In this document: positions 10,813-20,500 of the stretch, piece by piece
Numbering within the stretch: position 1 is the first letter of the stretch
Layout of the letters: each line of letters opens with the position of its first letter
Assembly: GCA_963662545.2 (NCBI GenBank)
Contig: CAXXLL010000003.1
Coordinates: 224,001 to 288,000, forward strand
Source: Gammaproteobacteria bacterium
GTDB lineage: Bacteria; Pseudomonadota; Gammaproteobacteria; Ga0077536
Length of the DNA stretch: 64,000 nucleotides
Reading direction: 5' to 3'
Notes under the pieces: model-generated
Told to the model about the DNA's origin: nothing
Database searches by the model: none
What the model saw: the letters and a program-made list of their open reading frames with translations, nothing else
Position numbers and translations under genes: made by a program

Positions 10813-11707
10813 CCGCAAATCCCCGCTTGGTTATGGTAAACCACGAGAGCCCTAGCCAAGCGATAACTACGGCGACGACGAGATATACGAACAGGCCCGA
10901 AAAATCGGGCGACAGACCGCGCAGCATAGCGTTACGTGTTTGCTCGATGATGTATGCGAGTGGATTCAAGTACATTAGGCCCTGCAGCTTTTCCGGCAGC
11001 GCCGTCACGGGATAAAAAATGGGGCTCGCAAACAGCATTACCGGGACTATAACCCCCACGATCTGACGAGCATCCATAATGAATACACCGACCGACGACA
11101 GAAACCACATAGCGCCTATCGTCATCAGTGCCAGGGGAAGCAATATGACCGGCAGCCACAAGACGGTTAAGTGGGGCACTCCAACCAGTAGCGAATACGC
11201 GAGAACTAACACGACGCCACTGACTATCGTGTTAAACAGTGCACTGCCCAGGACGACCCAGGGCAAGATCTCCAACGGGAAAACGATACGCTTGATGTAC
11301 GGGACGTTCTCGAGCATCAATCCCGGTGCACGGCTGATACACTCCGAAAACAATTGGAATACAAGAAGCCCGGCGAACAGAACAAGCGCGAATTCCCCGC
11401 GGTTACCCACGCCGACAGCCCACCGCGCCTGGAAGACCACGCTGAATACGAATGTATAGACCGATAACATCAACACAGGCGTCAAGAAAGACCAGGCTAG
11501 GCCAAATATGGATCCGCGGTACCGGCCCACGATTTCGCGCTTGACGAGTCGGTGGATCAACCGACGATCGTTCCACAGCGTCAGGAAGACGTAATGCGGC
11601 CCGTTTTGACCGAAGGAAAGCTGCGGGGGCTCCGATGTGCGGATAACCGTCGGCCGCTGCGAATCTCCCGATACGCGTTGAGCTTCGCTACCTTCCGGCA
11701 GCATCAT
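10802..11707 (-). CDS. wzm: Polysaccharide ABC exporter permease
   Basis: RYRGSIFGLAW, VFPLEILP, PIFYP, NPL, KRGFADVV; overlaps the wzt start. Confidence 0.93.
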   Translation of the reverse strand: MMLPEGSEAQRVSGDSQRPTVIRTSEPPQLSFGQNGPHYVFLTLWNDRRLIHRLVKREIVGRYRGSIFGLAWSFLTPVLMLSVYTFVFSVVFQARWAVGVGNRGEFALVLFAGLLVFQLFSECISRAPGLMLENVPYIKRIVFPLEILPWVVLGSALFNTIVSGVVLVLAYSLLVGVPHLTVLWLPVILLPLALMTIGAMWFLSSVGVFIMDARQIVGVIVPVMLFASPIFYPVTALPEKLQGLMYLNPLAYIIEQTRNAMLRGLSPDFSGLFVYLVVAVVIAWLGLSWFTITKRGFADVV

Positions 11708-11924
11708 AATTCCGGTCCGCGTATCGTAGTTCGCGTACCGATCGCTCCACTCTCGATTATGACGAGTGCACCCGTTTCAATCATTCAATTCTCATGAGAT
11801 TGGTGTGGTTCTATCCGGATGCGGTACGTCTTTAGTCACGACCCTGCGAACTTCACTTAATATCACTTCTATCTCATGCGTCATGCTGCATCCCGTGGAT
11901 GCAGTTCGCGCAATCTCGCTTCGC

Positions 11925-11939
11925 GTTCAGTTTTTGAAC
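11925..11939. promoter_or_regulatory. Palindromic operator candidate GTTCA-N5-TGAAC
   Basis: Perfect dyad (gttca gtttt tgaac) in the divergent intergenic region between wzm and the 12467 operon. Confidence 0.4.
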
Positions 11940-12466
11940 ACTATACAGTGTAGGCAATCGACGCGTCAACCGGCCGATGCATATCCGCACGGCGTCGCTT
12001 CAGAAAAAGATTTCGTTGTCGGACCGTCGGCGCGTGGAACATACCGCATCACGCCACGCATTCCTCGGACAGCCGAAATACCGCGCCCTCGCGATCGCCT
12101 GCGATCAGCAAATCGATCACTCGGCATGACCCTAACAGGTTGGTGAAAAATGTCTTCCTGACATTTTTTTCACCTCGCTTTAACGAAAACGCAGTTTCCG
12201 TTGCGCTCCATCCATCGAGCACTTACGTGCTCGACGGATGCCGGATACGCCCGGAATATTCCGATTGCGCGTTCTGGGAAGTGAGTATCAGCGGATTCTC
12301 AGCGCGCACCACCGAAATGCCAGAGGCGCGCGCTTCCAAGAGTCTGCCCGCCCTTACTCGAACATCAGCTGTACGAACCTTTGTACTTACGATACGCGGC
12401 GGTTATGATCCCGCCGATCTCCAGCCCCCTGATTGACCTTAATTCAAGTAAGAAAACACGCTATCG

Positions 12467-13981
12467 ATGGTCAAGATCCTTGGAATATCGGCGAGTCTTC
12501 GTAACGCTCGATTCGGCGCCGGCGGCACCAAGCTGACAGACGATCTCGCGGCGTTGGAATCGCGTGAAAGTTTTGTGCAATTCCTGTCGGATCAAACGAG
12601 GATCCTCCTCGAGGAGTTTTTTGACCAAGGACGAAGCGAAGGTCTCGACTTCGAATCGATGTACCGGCGGCTCCGCGGTTCTTCCGGAGATCGGGGTCTA
12701 AGCAACTCGGAAGGTACGCTTGCCGCCGCCCTCTGGGGTGCCAGCCGGGAAGGTGCCGAAATCCGCTACCTGGGACTCGGTCATCATTTTCGCGGTGACG
12801 GTTCGGTCGCCAACATCGATGCGGTGCGTGACGCGATCCTGTGGGCCGACGGCATTATCCTCTCAGGACCCGTTTACTTCGGCGACCGTGGCTCGCTCGC
12901 GCAATCCCTAGTCGAGTTTCTCCACGCGGACGCGCGGTGTCGTGCCCATATCCGCAACAAGGTCTACGGCGGCGTGACCGTCGGCGCCAAACGCAATGGG
13001 GGTCAGGAAACGACACTTATTTATCAGCTCGTCGACATGACTAATCTCGGCATGCTCGCGGTCGGCAACGGCAGCGAGACTACCTCGCAGTACGGGGGAA
13101 CTGCCGTCGCGGGGGATGTTGGCACGATCCATCTGGACGACTATGGTATAGAAACCTCGATTAGCACAGGCGCTCGCGTCGCCCGGGTCACGAAACTTTC
13201 CGCCCTGGGAATTGCTGCTCGCATCTCCGATCCCGTACGCATTGGCGTGTGGTTGCTACAAGACAGTCCCGACCATCGTGGACGTGAACTTATCAGCGAA
13301 CTCACAACGTCATGGAGCAGCGAGGGCGATAACGTCGAGTTCGAGATTCTCGATGGCCCGGCGGAACCGATTCACCGATGCATCGCATGCGACATTTGTC
13401 CGATCGACGTCGGGCCACCGGAGGAGTACCGCTGCATTATTAAGAGCAAGGATGATCTGTTCAAAAAGCGACATGTTCAACTGGCGTCCGTTGACGCTCT
13501 GCTGATCGCGGCCTACAGCCCGCGTGATCGGAGGGACATACTCAGCGTTTACCAGACATTTATTGAACGCACGCGCTATTTGCGGAGGGATCATTACCTG
13601 CTGGGGGATCTCTTCGTTGCGCCGCTGGTAATCAGCGAGATCGGCGCCAACCAAAACTTGCACATCCGGATCCTGACGTCCATGGTCCGGCACCACACGA
13701 TCCTTCACCATGCCCTGATCGGCTTTGAACAGGATCGACGTCTGCTCAACCAGCAGGATCTCGAGGAGGGTGGGAAACACTTCGCCAAGCTTGCAGTTCA
13801 AATTACCGCAGGCCGGCTGCGGCAGGCGCAGGCCGCGGGAAAGGACGTCTATCAACCAGTCGGTTATGTGGTGAGCGAAGAGAAGCTTAAAGCGGATCGA
13901 GAAGACGGGAAATTGGAGAAAGCACTCGAAGCGCGCGATGCAGTACGCAAGCGCGATAGGCGACGAATCATTGCCGGATAA
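12467..13981 (+). CDS. Tandem flavodoxin-fold (FMN reductase / iron-sulfur flavoprotein-like) protein
   Basis: Domain 1: KILGISASLR, SNSE, ADGIILSGPVYFG, AKRNGGQETT. Domain 2: CIACDICP...YRC Cys cluster. Confidence 0.75.
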   Translation: MVKILGISASLRNARFGAGGTKLTDDLAALESRESFVQFLSDQTRILLEEFFDQGRSEGLDFESMYRRLRGSSGDRGLSNSEGTLAAALWGASREGAEIRYLGLGHHFRGDGSVANIDAVRDAILWADGIILSGPVYFGDRGSLAQSLVEFLHADARCRAHIRNKVYGGVTVGAKRNGGQETTLIYQLVDMTNLGMLAVGNGSETTSQYGGTAVAGDVGTIHLDDYGIETSISTGARVARVTKLSALGIAARISDPVRIGVWLLQDSPDHRGRELISELTTSWSSEGDNVEFEILDGPAEPIHRCIACDICPIDVGPPEEYRCIIKSKDDLFKKRHVQLASVDALLIAAYSPRDRRDILSVYQTFIERTRYLRRDHYLLGDLFVAPLVISEIGANQNLHIRILTSMVRHHTILHHALIGFEQDRRLLNQQDLEEGGKHFAKLAVQITAGRLRQAQAAGKDVYQPVGYVVSEEKLKADREDGKLEKALEARDAVRKRDRRRIIAG

Positions 13982-14015
13982 GCGCAGCCACAGCGCCGCC
14001 GCCCGATTTCTTCCC

Positions 14016-14144
14016 GTGAGTGCCCGCAACATACTGATGGCGGTAGCATCGGTCGCCGGATGGTTCGTGCTCGAAGGTGCCGTCCTGGTCGCGCTCTACC
14101 TCGCCTCGGTCGACCTCGAGATGTTCCGGTATGCCGGTTTTTGA
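14016..14144 (+). CDS. DltX-like single-TM peptide with C-terminal aromatic/Tyr motif
   Basis: One TM helix ending in FRYAGF-stop, resembling the DltX / AlgI C-terminal hexapeptide. Overlaps the next gene. Alternative start TTG 13971. Confidence 0.7.
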   Translation: MSARNILMAVASVAGWFVLEGAVLVALYLASVDLEMFRYAGF

Positions 14145-15207
14145 GGCTCGCGACGCCGGACAGGGGATCGCTCCGATCCTTGCTGCCGCCGCACTGTGGG
14201 CACTCCTCTGTTGGTGGTTAAACCAGAGTATATCGCTCGACCTGATACGCGGCACGCCGATGGGTCCATGGCTGGCAGACATCAGGGATGACCACACGCG
14301 CATCGCGCACCGACTGGCCAATATGAACTACGAGGAGCCGATGGTACTCATCGTGGGCGGTTCGTCGTTTCGCGAAGCATTTGACTCGGACTGGATTCTA
14401 GAGCGCAGAATGCGGGAAGTGCTCGGTCGCGGAATCAATGTGGAAAAGCTGTGCAGCGCCTCGCAATCGCTGTTTGAAAGTTTCGCGATACTTCTCGAAG
14501 CGATGCGGGACAACCGGCTTGCACCCGGGAGCGTGGCTATAATCGGAATGAATCCGCATCGATACGCATCGGGCCGTGAAGAGGTAATCGCGAAGGTGCG
14601 TGCGCCGTTGATTCCTTTCCTCGATCACCGTGGCGCCGCGGAGCGGGTGATCGAGAACGAATCGATTCCCGGTAGATTTCGCCTGCTGACGCAGAGGGGA
14701 GTTGCGCGGCACTGGATCGAGCAACGTCTCCGCAACAGCCGCAACTGGCTGGACGGCGATTGGCTTGCTCCCCTCCCGTATCTCGAATATGCCTGGCCGG
14801 ACCGCCCCCTGCCGACGAACGAAAAGCATAAACACGCCCATGCCGTAGCATCGTGGCTGGGGAAGGATTTCGAAGGAAGCCACGATTTCGCCCAAAACGT
14901 TGCGCGCCAACTCGTTGCAAGTTTGCGAGATGAAGATATCGAGGTTGTCATGCTTCAATTGCCGCGAGATTCGCGCATCGTGGATGTTTACCAACCGTAT
15001 GCCGAAACGTACGAAACGCATCTGGCCGAACTCTACGAACTAGGCGCACGTCCGTGGGATCTGCGGACACTGGGCTTGGACGACGACGCGTTTTCGGACC
15101 TGTTTCACGTACGGCCTGGCGCGCCCCGCGATGCCCTGACCACCGTATTCATCCAACGCTTGACCCGGCTCCTTGGCGGGTCTGAAGGGACTCCCCTTGG
15201 ACGCTGA
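14131..15207 (+). CDS. DltD/AlgJ-like SGNH-fold acyltransferase, N-terminally membrane-anchored
   Basis: TM helix, block I GGSS, C-terminal DLFH (DxxH); operonic with ACP and MBOAT. Confidence 0.7.
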   Translation: MPVFEARDAGQGIAPILAAAALWALLCWWLNQSISLDLIRGTPMGPWLADIRDDHTRIAHRLANMNYEEPMVLIVGGSSFREAFDSDWILERRMREVLGRGINVEKLCSASQSLFESFAILLEAMRDNRLAPGSVAIIGMNPHRYASGREEVIAKVRAPLIPFLDHRGAAERVIENESIPGRFRLLTQRGVARHWIEQRLRNSRNWLDGDWLAPLPYLEYAWPDRPLPTNEKHKHAHAVASWLGKDFEGSHDFAQNVARQLVASLRDEDIEVVMLQLPRDSRIVDVYQPYAETYETHLAELYELGARPWDLRTLGLDDDAFSDLFHVRPGAPRDALTTVFIQRLTRLLGGSEGTPLGR

Positions 15208-15457
15208 TACGATTCAAAATGAGCTGCGAAAGTTTCTGGTCGATGAACTCGGTATCGAAGAGCGGGAGCTCGACCCGGCCAGCCGCTTGATCACCACCGG
15301 AATCATCGATTCCATGGATATGCTGATGCTTGTTGCATTTGTGGAGAATAATTTCGGTCTCACGATCAAAGCACTCGACGTCAGCGTCGAGGAGTTCGAT
15401 AGTCTCGATAGACTGGCAGAGTTCGTTCTGCATCGTGCCACCGCATCTCTGGGCTGA
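15197..15457 (+). CDS. Acyl carrier protein, DltC-like
   Basis: GIIDSMDML phosphopantetheine motif, acidic, about 86 aa. TTG start overlaps the upstream stop. Confidence 0.9.
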   Translation: MDADTIQNELRKFLVDELGIEERELDPASRLITTGIIDSMDMLMLVAFVENNFGLTIKALDVSVEEFDSLDRLAEFVLHRATASLG

Positions 15458-15488
15458 ACAGTTGCAAACCGGGAGCGTCAACATAGCG

Positions 15489-17165
15489 GTGGATGCAGAA
15501 ACAAAGCCGTCGGCGCCGCAATCGAACACATTGCGGGCGTGGAGTCTCATTGCGCTGCTGTTCATCGTCATCGTGCTACTCGAAGGATTGACTGGCGACC
15601 GCTCCGAACTGCGTTTCCAGGGAGGCAAACCCTCCTTCCCGCTGATCCTGTCGGCAACCGGCGCTCCTCTGGAGATCCATTTCAAATCTGGTCCACGCGA
15701 GGAACTGGTTATTGCGGAGGGCATAGGTACGACGCGACTGCAGCGCGATCCCAGCCGCGCAAAGGACGCGGGGTACGAAGTGCGCAGCCTGGACGACGGT
15801 ACGGTCCGCACGCGTCTTTCCTTTCGACGGTCTCCTACTCAGAAGACGGTTTCACTGCGGCCGCCGTCCGGCATCGAAGCCATGCGCCTCGATTCCTTCG
15901 ACCTTCGAGTGGTCAAATCCACGCGCGCGACTATCGGCGGTTACGAAGCGCTCGGCTGGCTGGTGGTTGTCTGCTTTGCGTGCATTCCTGTCGTCTGCCT
16001 GTTAGGGCGTTCCCCCGTGTTCAGTCAATGGGTGTTTGCTGCCTCCACGCTGACCTGGATGTTGTTTTTTCAGCCGGCGTTCGCGCTTGCGCTGCTCGCT
16101 TTTCTAGTCTTCGTGCACCGGCTTGGGCTCGAGTGTGCACGCAATCATATAACAGGAAAAGGAGCTTCCGCGTGGAACCTACTGCGGCTCGGTGGCGGCA
16201 TGGCGCTGGCATTTCTACTGGTTGGAAAGTACGGCGCCGATGCCGTCGCCGAGCTCTTCGCAAACCCCGGTGGCCTTGCGCTTGCAATGCCACTTGGCAT
16301 TTCATACTTCGTCATCCGAGTTCTCGATACACAGTTGCGCTGGTATCGGGGTGACCTCGTTGACGTAAGCCTGCGCGAATTTCTCGCCTATGTGCTTTTT
16401 CCCGCAACCGTTGCGGCAGGTCCTATTGCGACGCTTCCGGGGTTCCGGAAGGGTTGGCTGGGCCCGGTCAGCCTGTCGGAAATCGGGCCTCCGATACGTC
16501 GTATCCTGCAGGGGATAGCCAAAAAAATCGTATTGGTCCAGATCTTTCTCGGAGGCATGCTGTTCGGCATCGGTCCGGTTGCATTCGATCCCGGGCTCAT
16601 GATTCAGGTGCTGTGGGATCCGATGGGCGTCACCTCCGGACGCATTCTGATGCTGCCATTTCTGATGCTTCTTTATTCCTATCTTGATTTTTCCGCTTAT
16701 AGTGACATAGCGATCGGATTCAGCCGGCTTCTCGGCGTACGAATGGTGGAAAACTTCAACTGGCCAATTCTGGCCAGTGACCTCCAGGAATACTGGCGTC
16801 GATGGCACATGTCGCTATCGGGCTGGTGTCAGCGCAACATCTTCATGCCAGCTACACTGGCGACGCGCAACCAGTTCGTTCCGGCTTATCTCACGATGCT
16901 GGCGGTCGGGCTCTGGCACGCGTTCGCCTTACCTTGGTTTCTATGGGCCTTGCACCATGCGACCGGTCTGATCGTGTTGAGTAAATGGCGGCACCGCCGC
17001 GGGCGCAAACGCGAACTATCGCGCGGGCGAATATGCGCCGGAGTGGGGCTCACCCTGACGTTCGCGGCGGCCGGCTATTCCTTTGCATTCATCGGCGACA
17101 CCGCAACCGCGCTGGCCATATACGGGCGCTTCTGGATCACACTCGTGACACTCGGGCAAATTTAA
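15489..17165 (+). CDS. MBOAT O-acyltransferase (DltB/AlgI-like) with extra N-terminal domain
   Basis: PLGISYF, DFSAYSDIAIG, ENFNWP, YWRRWHMSLS and GLWH (catalytic His). No C-terminal FIYxxF motif. Confidence 0.9.
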   Translation: MDAETKPSAPQSNTLRAWSLIALLFIVIVLLEGLTGDRSELRFQGGKPSFPLILSATGAPLEIHFKSGPREELVIAEGIGTTRLQRDPSRAKDAGYEVRSLDDGTVRTRLSFRRSPTQKTVSLRPPSGIEAMRLDSFDLRVVKSTRATIGGYEALGWLVVVCFACIPVVCLLGRSPVFSQWVFAASTLTWMLFFQPAFALALLAFLVFVHRLGLECARNHITGKGASAWNLLRLGGGMALAFLLVGKYGADAVAELFANPGGLALAMPLGISYFVIRVLDTQLRWYRGDLVDVSLREFLAYVLFPATVAAGPIATLPGFRKGWLGPVSLSEIGPPIRRILQGIAKKIVLVQIFLGGMLFGIGPVAFDPGLMIQVLWDPMGVTSGRILMLPFLMLLYSYLDFSAYSDIAIGFSRLLGVRMVENFNWPILASDLQEYWRRWHMSLSGWCQRNIFMPATLATRNQFVPAYLTMLAVGLWHAFALPWFLWALHHATGLIVLSKWRHRRGRKRELSRGRICAGVGLTLTFAAAGYSFAFIGDTATALAIYGRFWITLVTLGQI

Positions 17166-17181
17166 CGAATCGGCGCCGTCG

Positions 17182-17595
17182 ATGAAGCAAATAATTGCTT
17201 GTGTGATGATTCTGGGCGCGGTCGGTCCCACTTGCGTATCCGCCCGGGCGCTCGATGTCTACATGATTCAGGAAATGCGTATCTGTCGTGTAATCGTCGA
17301 AGCCAGGCCACTTCGGGCCAGCGACTCTGATAGCGATCACCTCGCCCGGTTGCGTTTGGACGTCGTCGACGCCGTGCGCTCAATGCCTCCCGCGGCCTGT
17401 CTACCTGGTACGCGCAGGCTGGCCCACGTGGTCTTGCCGCTCGCCTGGCGTGACAACGGCCTACCTCACTGGCACCGCGTCCGCATTCTCGCGACCTTCA
17501 AGGTACAGCCTGAAACTTGGGCGGCCCTGCTGGAAGTCGCGGCCCAACCGCGGCCGCTGGCGGACGCCCTGCCATGGGCTGACGATCGGTACTGA
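17182..17595 (+). CDS. Hypothetical exported protein
   Basis: Signal-peptide-like N-terminus; TGATG coupling to the next gene. Confidence 0.5.
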   Translation: MKQIIACVMILGAVGPTCVSARALDVYMIQEMRICRVIVEARPLRASDSDSDHLARLRLDVVDAVRSMPPAACLPGTRRLAHVVLPLAWRDNGLPHWHRVRILATFKVQPETWAALLEVAAQPRPLADALPWADDRY

Positions 17596-19055
17596 TGGCG
17601 AAGGACGGGCTTTCCAGGTACCTGCTGGAACTGTTACGTCGACGCGCGGACGAAGATGATTATGCGATTCGGGATCTTGAACGCCAATACAGCGCGACGG
17701 AACTCTTACGCGCGGCCGAGTCGAGCGCAGCTGCGCTTGCGGAATGCGGCCTCGGCCCCGGAGACACGGTCGCCGTAGCTAGCCACAGGGGCCTGGATTT
17801 CGTTGCCGATGCATTGGGTGTCTGGCATTGCGGTGGCGTGCTGGTGCCGTTCGACACGCACTGGAGTGCGCGCCATCAGGAAACAGTGCGGCGCAAATCC
17901 GCCGCAAGCTTTTCAATCGGGTTCGAACTCGACGATGCGGTCCGCGTCCACCCTGGTGACGGTGCAACGAAACCCGTCGTTGATTCCAACGAGTCGGCAA
18001 ACTCCCGCTCCGTCATTCTTTTCACGAGTGGCTCGACCGGAGAGCCGAAGGGCGTGGCCTTAAGCGGTACAGCACTGCTTGGTAACGCACAGGCGGCGGT
18101 GCAACGACTCGGGTACCGCGCAGGCGCGCGTTTCGCGATCGCCACACCGTTCCATTTTACCAGCGCCCTGTGCCATGCGCTCGCCTGCCTGTTAACCGGT
18201 GCGCCTCTAAGCTTGCGCGAGGACGGTCCGGCGCCGGCCGACTTCATCGAATGGCTGGTTGTGGAAGGGGCCGACGGTTTCGGTGGTGCACCTATACAGC
18301 TTGGCTGGCTGGCAGACGGCGGATTGGAGAAGCTTACGGCGATGCGCTGGTTGATGTCGTCCGGGGACCGTCTTCCGGAGAAAACGATCCGCGATCTTCT
18401 GGCGATTCGTCCGGCTGTCGACGTCCATACCGTCTACGGGCTTACCGAATTGGGCGGGCGTTTTTGTACGCTCCCTCCGCACGAATTACCCGAGCATGCG
18501 GGCACCGTCGGACGCCCCATTGAAGGTCTGAGCCTGCGCCTACGCGACGAGCACGGGGTCGAAATGGGGCCCGGAGAGACGGGTGAGGTGTACGCATCCG
18601 GGCGTTACATGATGGAGGAATATGTCGGCGAGCCGGAGGCCACCCGCGCCGCCCTCTCTGCAGGCGAACTGCGCACCGGGGATTTGGGCGAACTCGACGA
18701 TGCCGGACGGCTACGATTACACGGTCGCAGCGATGAGGTCATCAAGGTCGCAGGACAAAAGGTCAGCCTGGTTTCCGTCGAGGATGCGATACGCGAACTC
18801 GGCCTATTCCGGGATTTTTCCGTTCTCCCGTACGCGCATCCCGTGCTCGGGACAACCCCGGCTTTGTTCTACGTCGGACGCGAGGGCGAGGCTTTGCAAA
18901 AGGGCGCGTTGCTCCGTCAGCTTCGCAAGCGCCTGCCCGGTACTCACTTGCCACGAACTCTGATCTCCGTCGACGAAATCCCGCGAACCGGTTCAGGCAA
19001 GGTAGACCGCGCCGCGCTCGTGCAATTCGCGCCACCGGTTTCCGAAAGAAGCTGA
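17595..19055 (+). CDS. Class I adenylate-forming (AMP-binding) ligase, in the DltA position
   Basis: FTSGSTGEPKG, YGLTE, RTGDLG, PRTGSGK. Confidence 0.92.
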   Translation: MAKDGLSRYLLELLRRRADEDDYAIRDLERQYSATELLRAAESSAAALAECGLGPGDTVAVASHRGLDFVADALGVWHCGGVLVPFDTHWSARHQETVRRKSAASFSIGFELDDAVRVHPGDGATKPVVDSNESANSRSVILFTSGSTGEPKGVALSGTALLGNAQAAVQRLGYRAGARFAIATPFHFTSALCHALACLLTGAPLSLREDGPAPADFIEWLVVEGADGFGGAPIQLGWLADGGLEKLTAMRWLMSSGDRLPEKTIRDLLAIRPAVDVHTVYGLTELGGRFCTLPPHELPEHAGTVGRPIEGLSLRLRDEHGVEMGPGETGEVYASGRYMMEEYVGEPEATRAALSAGELRTGDLGELDDAGRLRLHGRSDEVIKVAGQKVSLVSVEDAIRELGLFRDFSVLPYAHPVLGTTPALFYVGREGEALQKGALLRQLRKRLPGTHLPRTLISVDEIPRTGSGKVDRAALVQFAPPVSERS

Positions 19056-19357
19056 GACCATCGCCTACCAAACTAACCCGACGGTTGCCACTCGTCCGGT
19101 GAACTCGCGGGATATGTATGCAGGCAAGTGGTGTTAAACCACCATAACCCAGCTGATCAATGCAATTTCGGCTCCGGAGATTTGGTCTCGCCATTTTTAT
19201 AATAGCGGCCTCAATTCGCACCCACCTCCCCGCCATTCTTTTTGGAAGAAACTACCGGCATGTCACCGTGAATGAGCGATCGCCTGGCGCGAAGACGCCA
19301 TTCGCACTTCTATCGGCGCGACGCCGCTGGTCGATACCGACATCGACCGGAGCTATA

Positions 19358-20365
19358 TCATGATGATCTGACCCGCGTCCGCATCCAAAACGCGGTGGGT
19401 TCGGAGTTCGGATAGTTTTTCCGCATCGCGTCGATTTCTGGGAAAACGGCCAGCATCTTCTCCGCGTGATTGAGCATCACGTGATTGCCGGGCCAGATCA
19501 CCTCGAAGCGATCATTAAATGCAAGAAACGCCTGCAACAGGTACTGCTCGTTCCAGTACCATCCTTCCTCGTAGTAATAGCGCGGATAACGTTTTGGCAG
19601 ACTGATGTCGTGAACGTGCACAAGCACACCGTCACCAAGTCTTGGTAGGAGCTCGAGGTATTCGAACTGAACGTCGTTGCCTTCGCGCAGGACATGGGTC
19701 GAATCGATGAACAACATATCATTAGCTTTGAGTTCGTTAAACAGCGCCAGGTCCACGTCCTGAACTTTGGCCTGGACCAGGTCGAGCCCCGGGATGGCGC
19801 GAAGATATCCCGCCGGGTTCGGCTCGATCGACGTGATTTTACAGGGGTGGTGTTCACGGCCGTTTTCGGCAGTCGCGTCGGCCGCTAATAGGGCCGACAT
19901 CCCCGAACCGATCTCGATGATCCGTGCCGGCTTCAATTCTCGGATCAATGCATAATAGACATGGGCGTCAACGGCCATGTAGACGCGATTCAATAGATAA
20001 AAGCCGGCGAAAGCTTCGTCCGGTATATCGAGGGGATAGCGATTTCTGAATTCTTCCCGCCAGCGCGGGACGACTTCGTCCAGGATCTTCGAATAGGCCT
20101 CCTCGTCGATAGCGATACCCGGCAATTCGCTCTGTTCATCCCAGAATCCCGGCCCGAAATCGCTCGTATCGGGGACCGGTGAATAGTAGTGGCGAACGAC
20201 GAGGTCCATGCCACTTTCGACCGCGATGCGCTCCATCTCGGGTTTCATGTTCATGCGACGGATGGCCCAAAATGCATAGCGAATGATCGGCATGGACAGC
20301 TGCCGAAGAACGAACGACGCCAGTCTGCGAAAACCGTAGTAATAGCGTAGGAACGTCGGATTCAC
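19358..20365 (-). CDS. Class I SAM methyltransferase (Methyltransf_24-like)
   Basis: HYYSPVP, IIEIGSGMS, LFIDSTH, HVHDI, WNEQY. Confidence 0.88.
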   Translation of the reverse strand: MNPTFLRYYYGFRRLASFVLRQLSMPIIRYAFWAIRRMNMKPEMERIAVESGMDLVVRHYYSPVPDTSDFGPGFWDEQSELPGIAIDEEAYSKILDEVVPRWREEFRNRYPLDIPDEAFAGFYLLNRVYMAVDAHVYYALIRELKPARIIEIGSGMSALLAADATAENGREHHPCKITSIEPNPAGYLRAIPGLDLVQAKVQDVDLALFNELKANDMLFIDSTHVLREGNDVQFEYLELLPRLGDGVLVHVHDISLPKRYPRYYYEEGWYWNEQYLLQAFLAFNDRFEVIWPGNHVMLNHAEKMLAVFPEIDAMRKNYPNSEPTAFWMRTRVRSS

Positions 20366-20500
20366 GGTCTCTTCCCGGCTGGCTGCAAGCGCCCAGGCAT
20401 TATAGAGTTAAAGTAAGAATTCCGGTTATCAATCGAAAAGCGGCGATCGGGTAGACCACGCGGACTGCTCCCCTTCATTGGACCGCGGGCGCGGTCTATT

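Noticed and set aside
17595-19055. True dltA / NRPS module
   Set aside because: It is a stand-alone ligase with no condensation or fused carrier domain, and its motifs (YGLTE) are more acyl-CoA-ligase-like than DltA-like. D-alanine specificity cannot be claimed.
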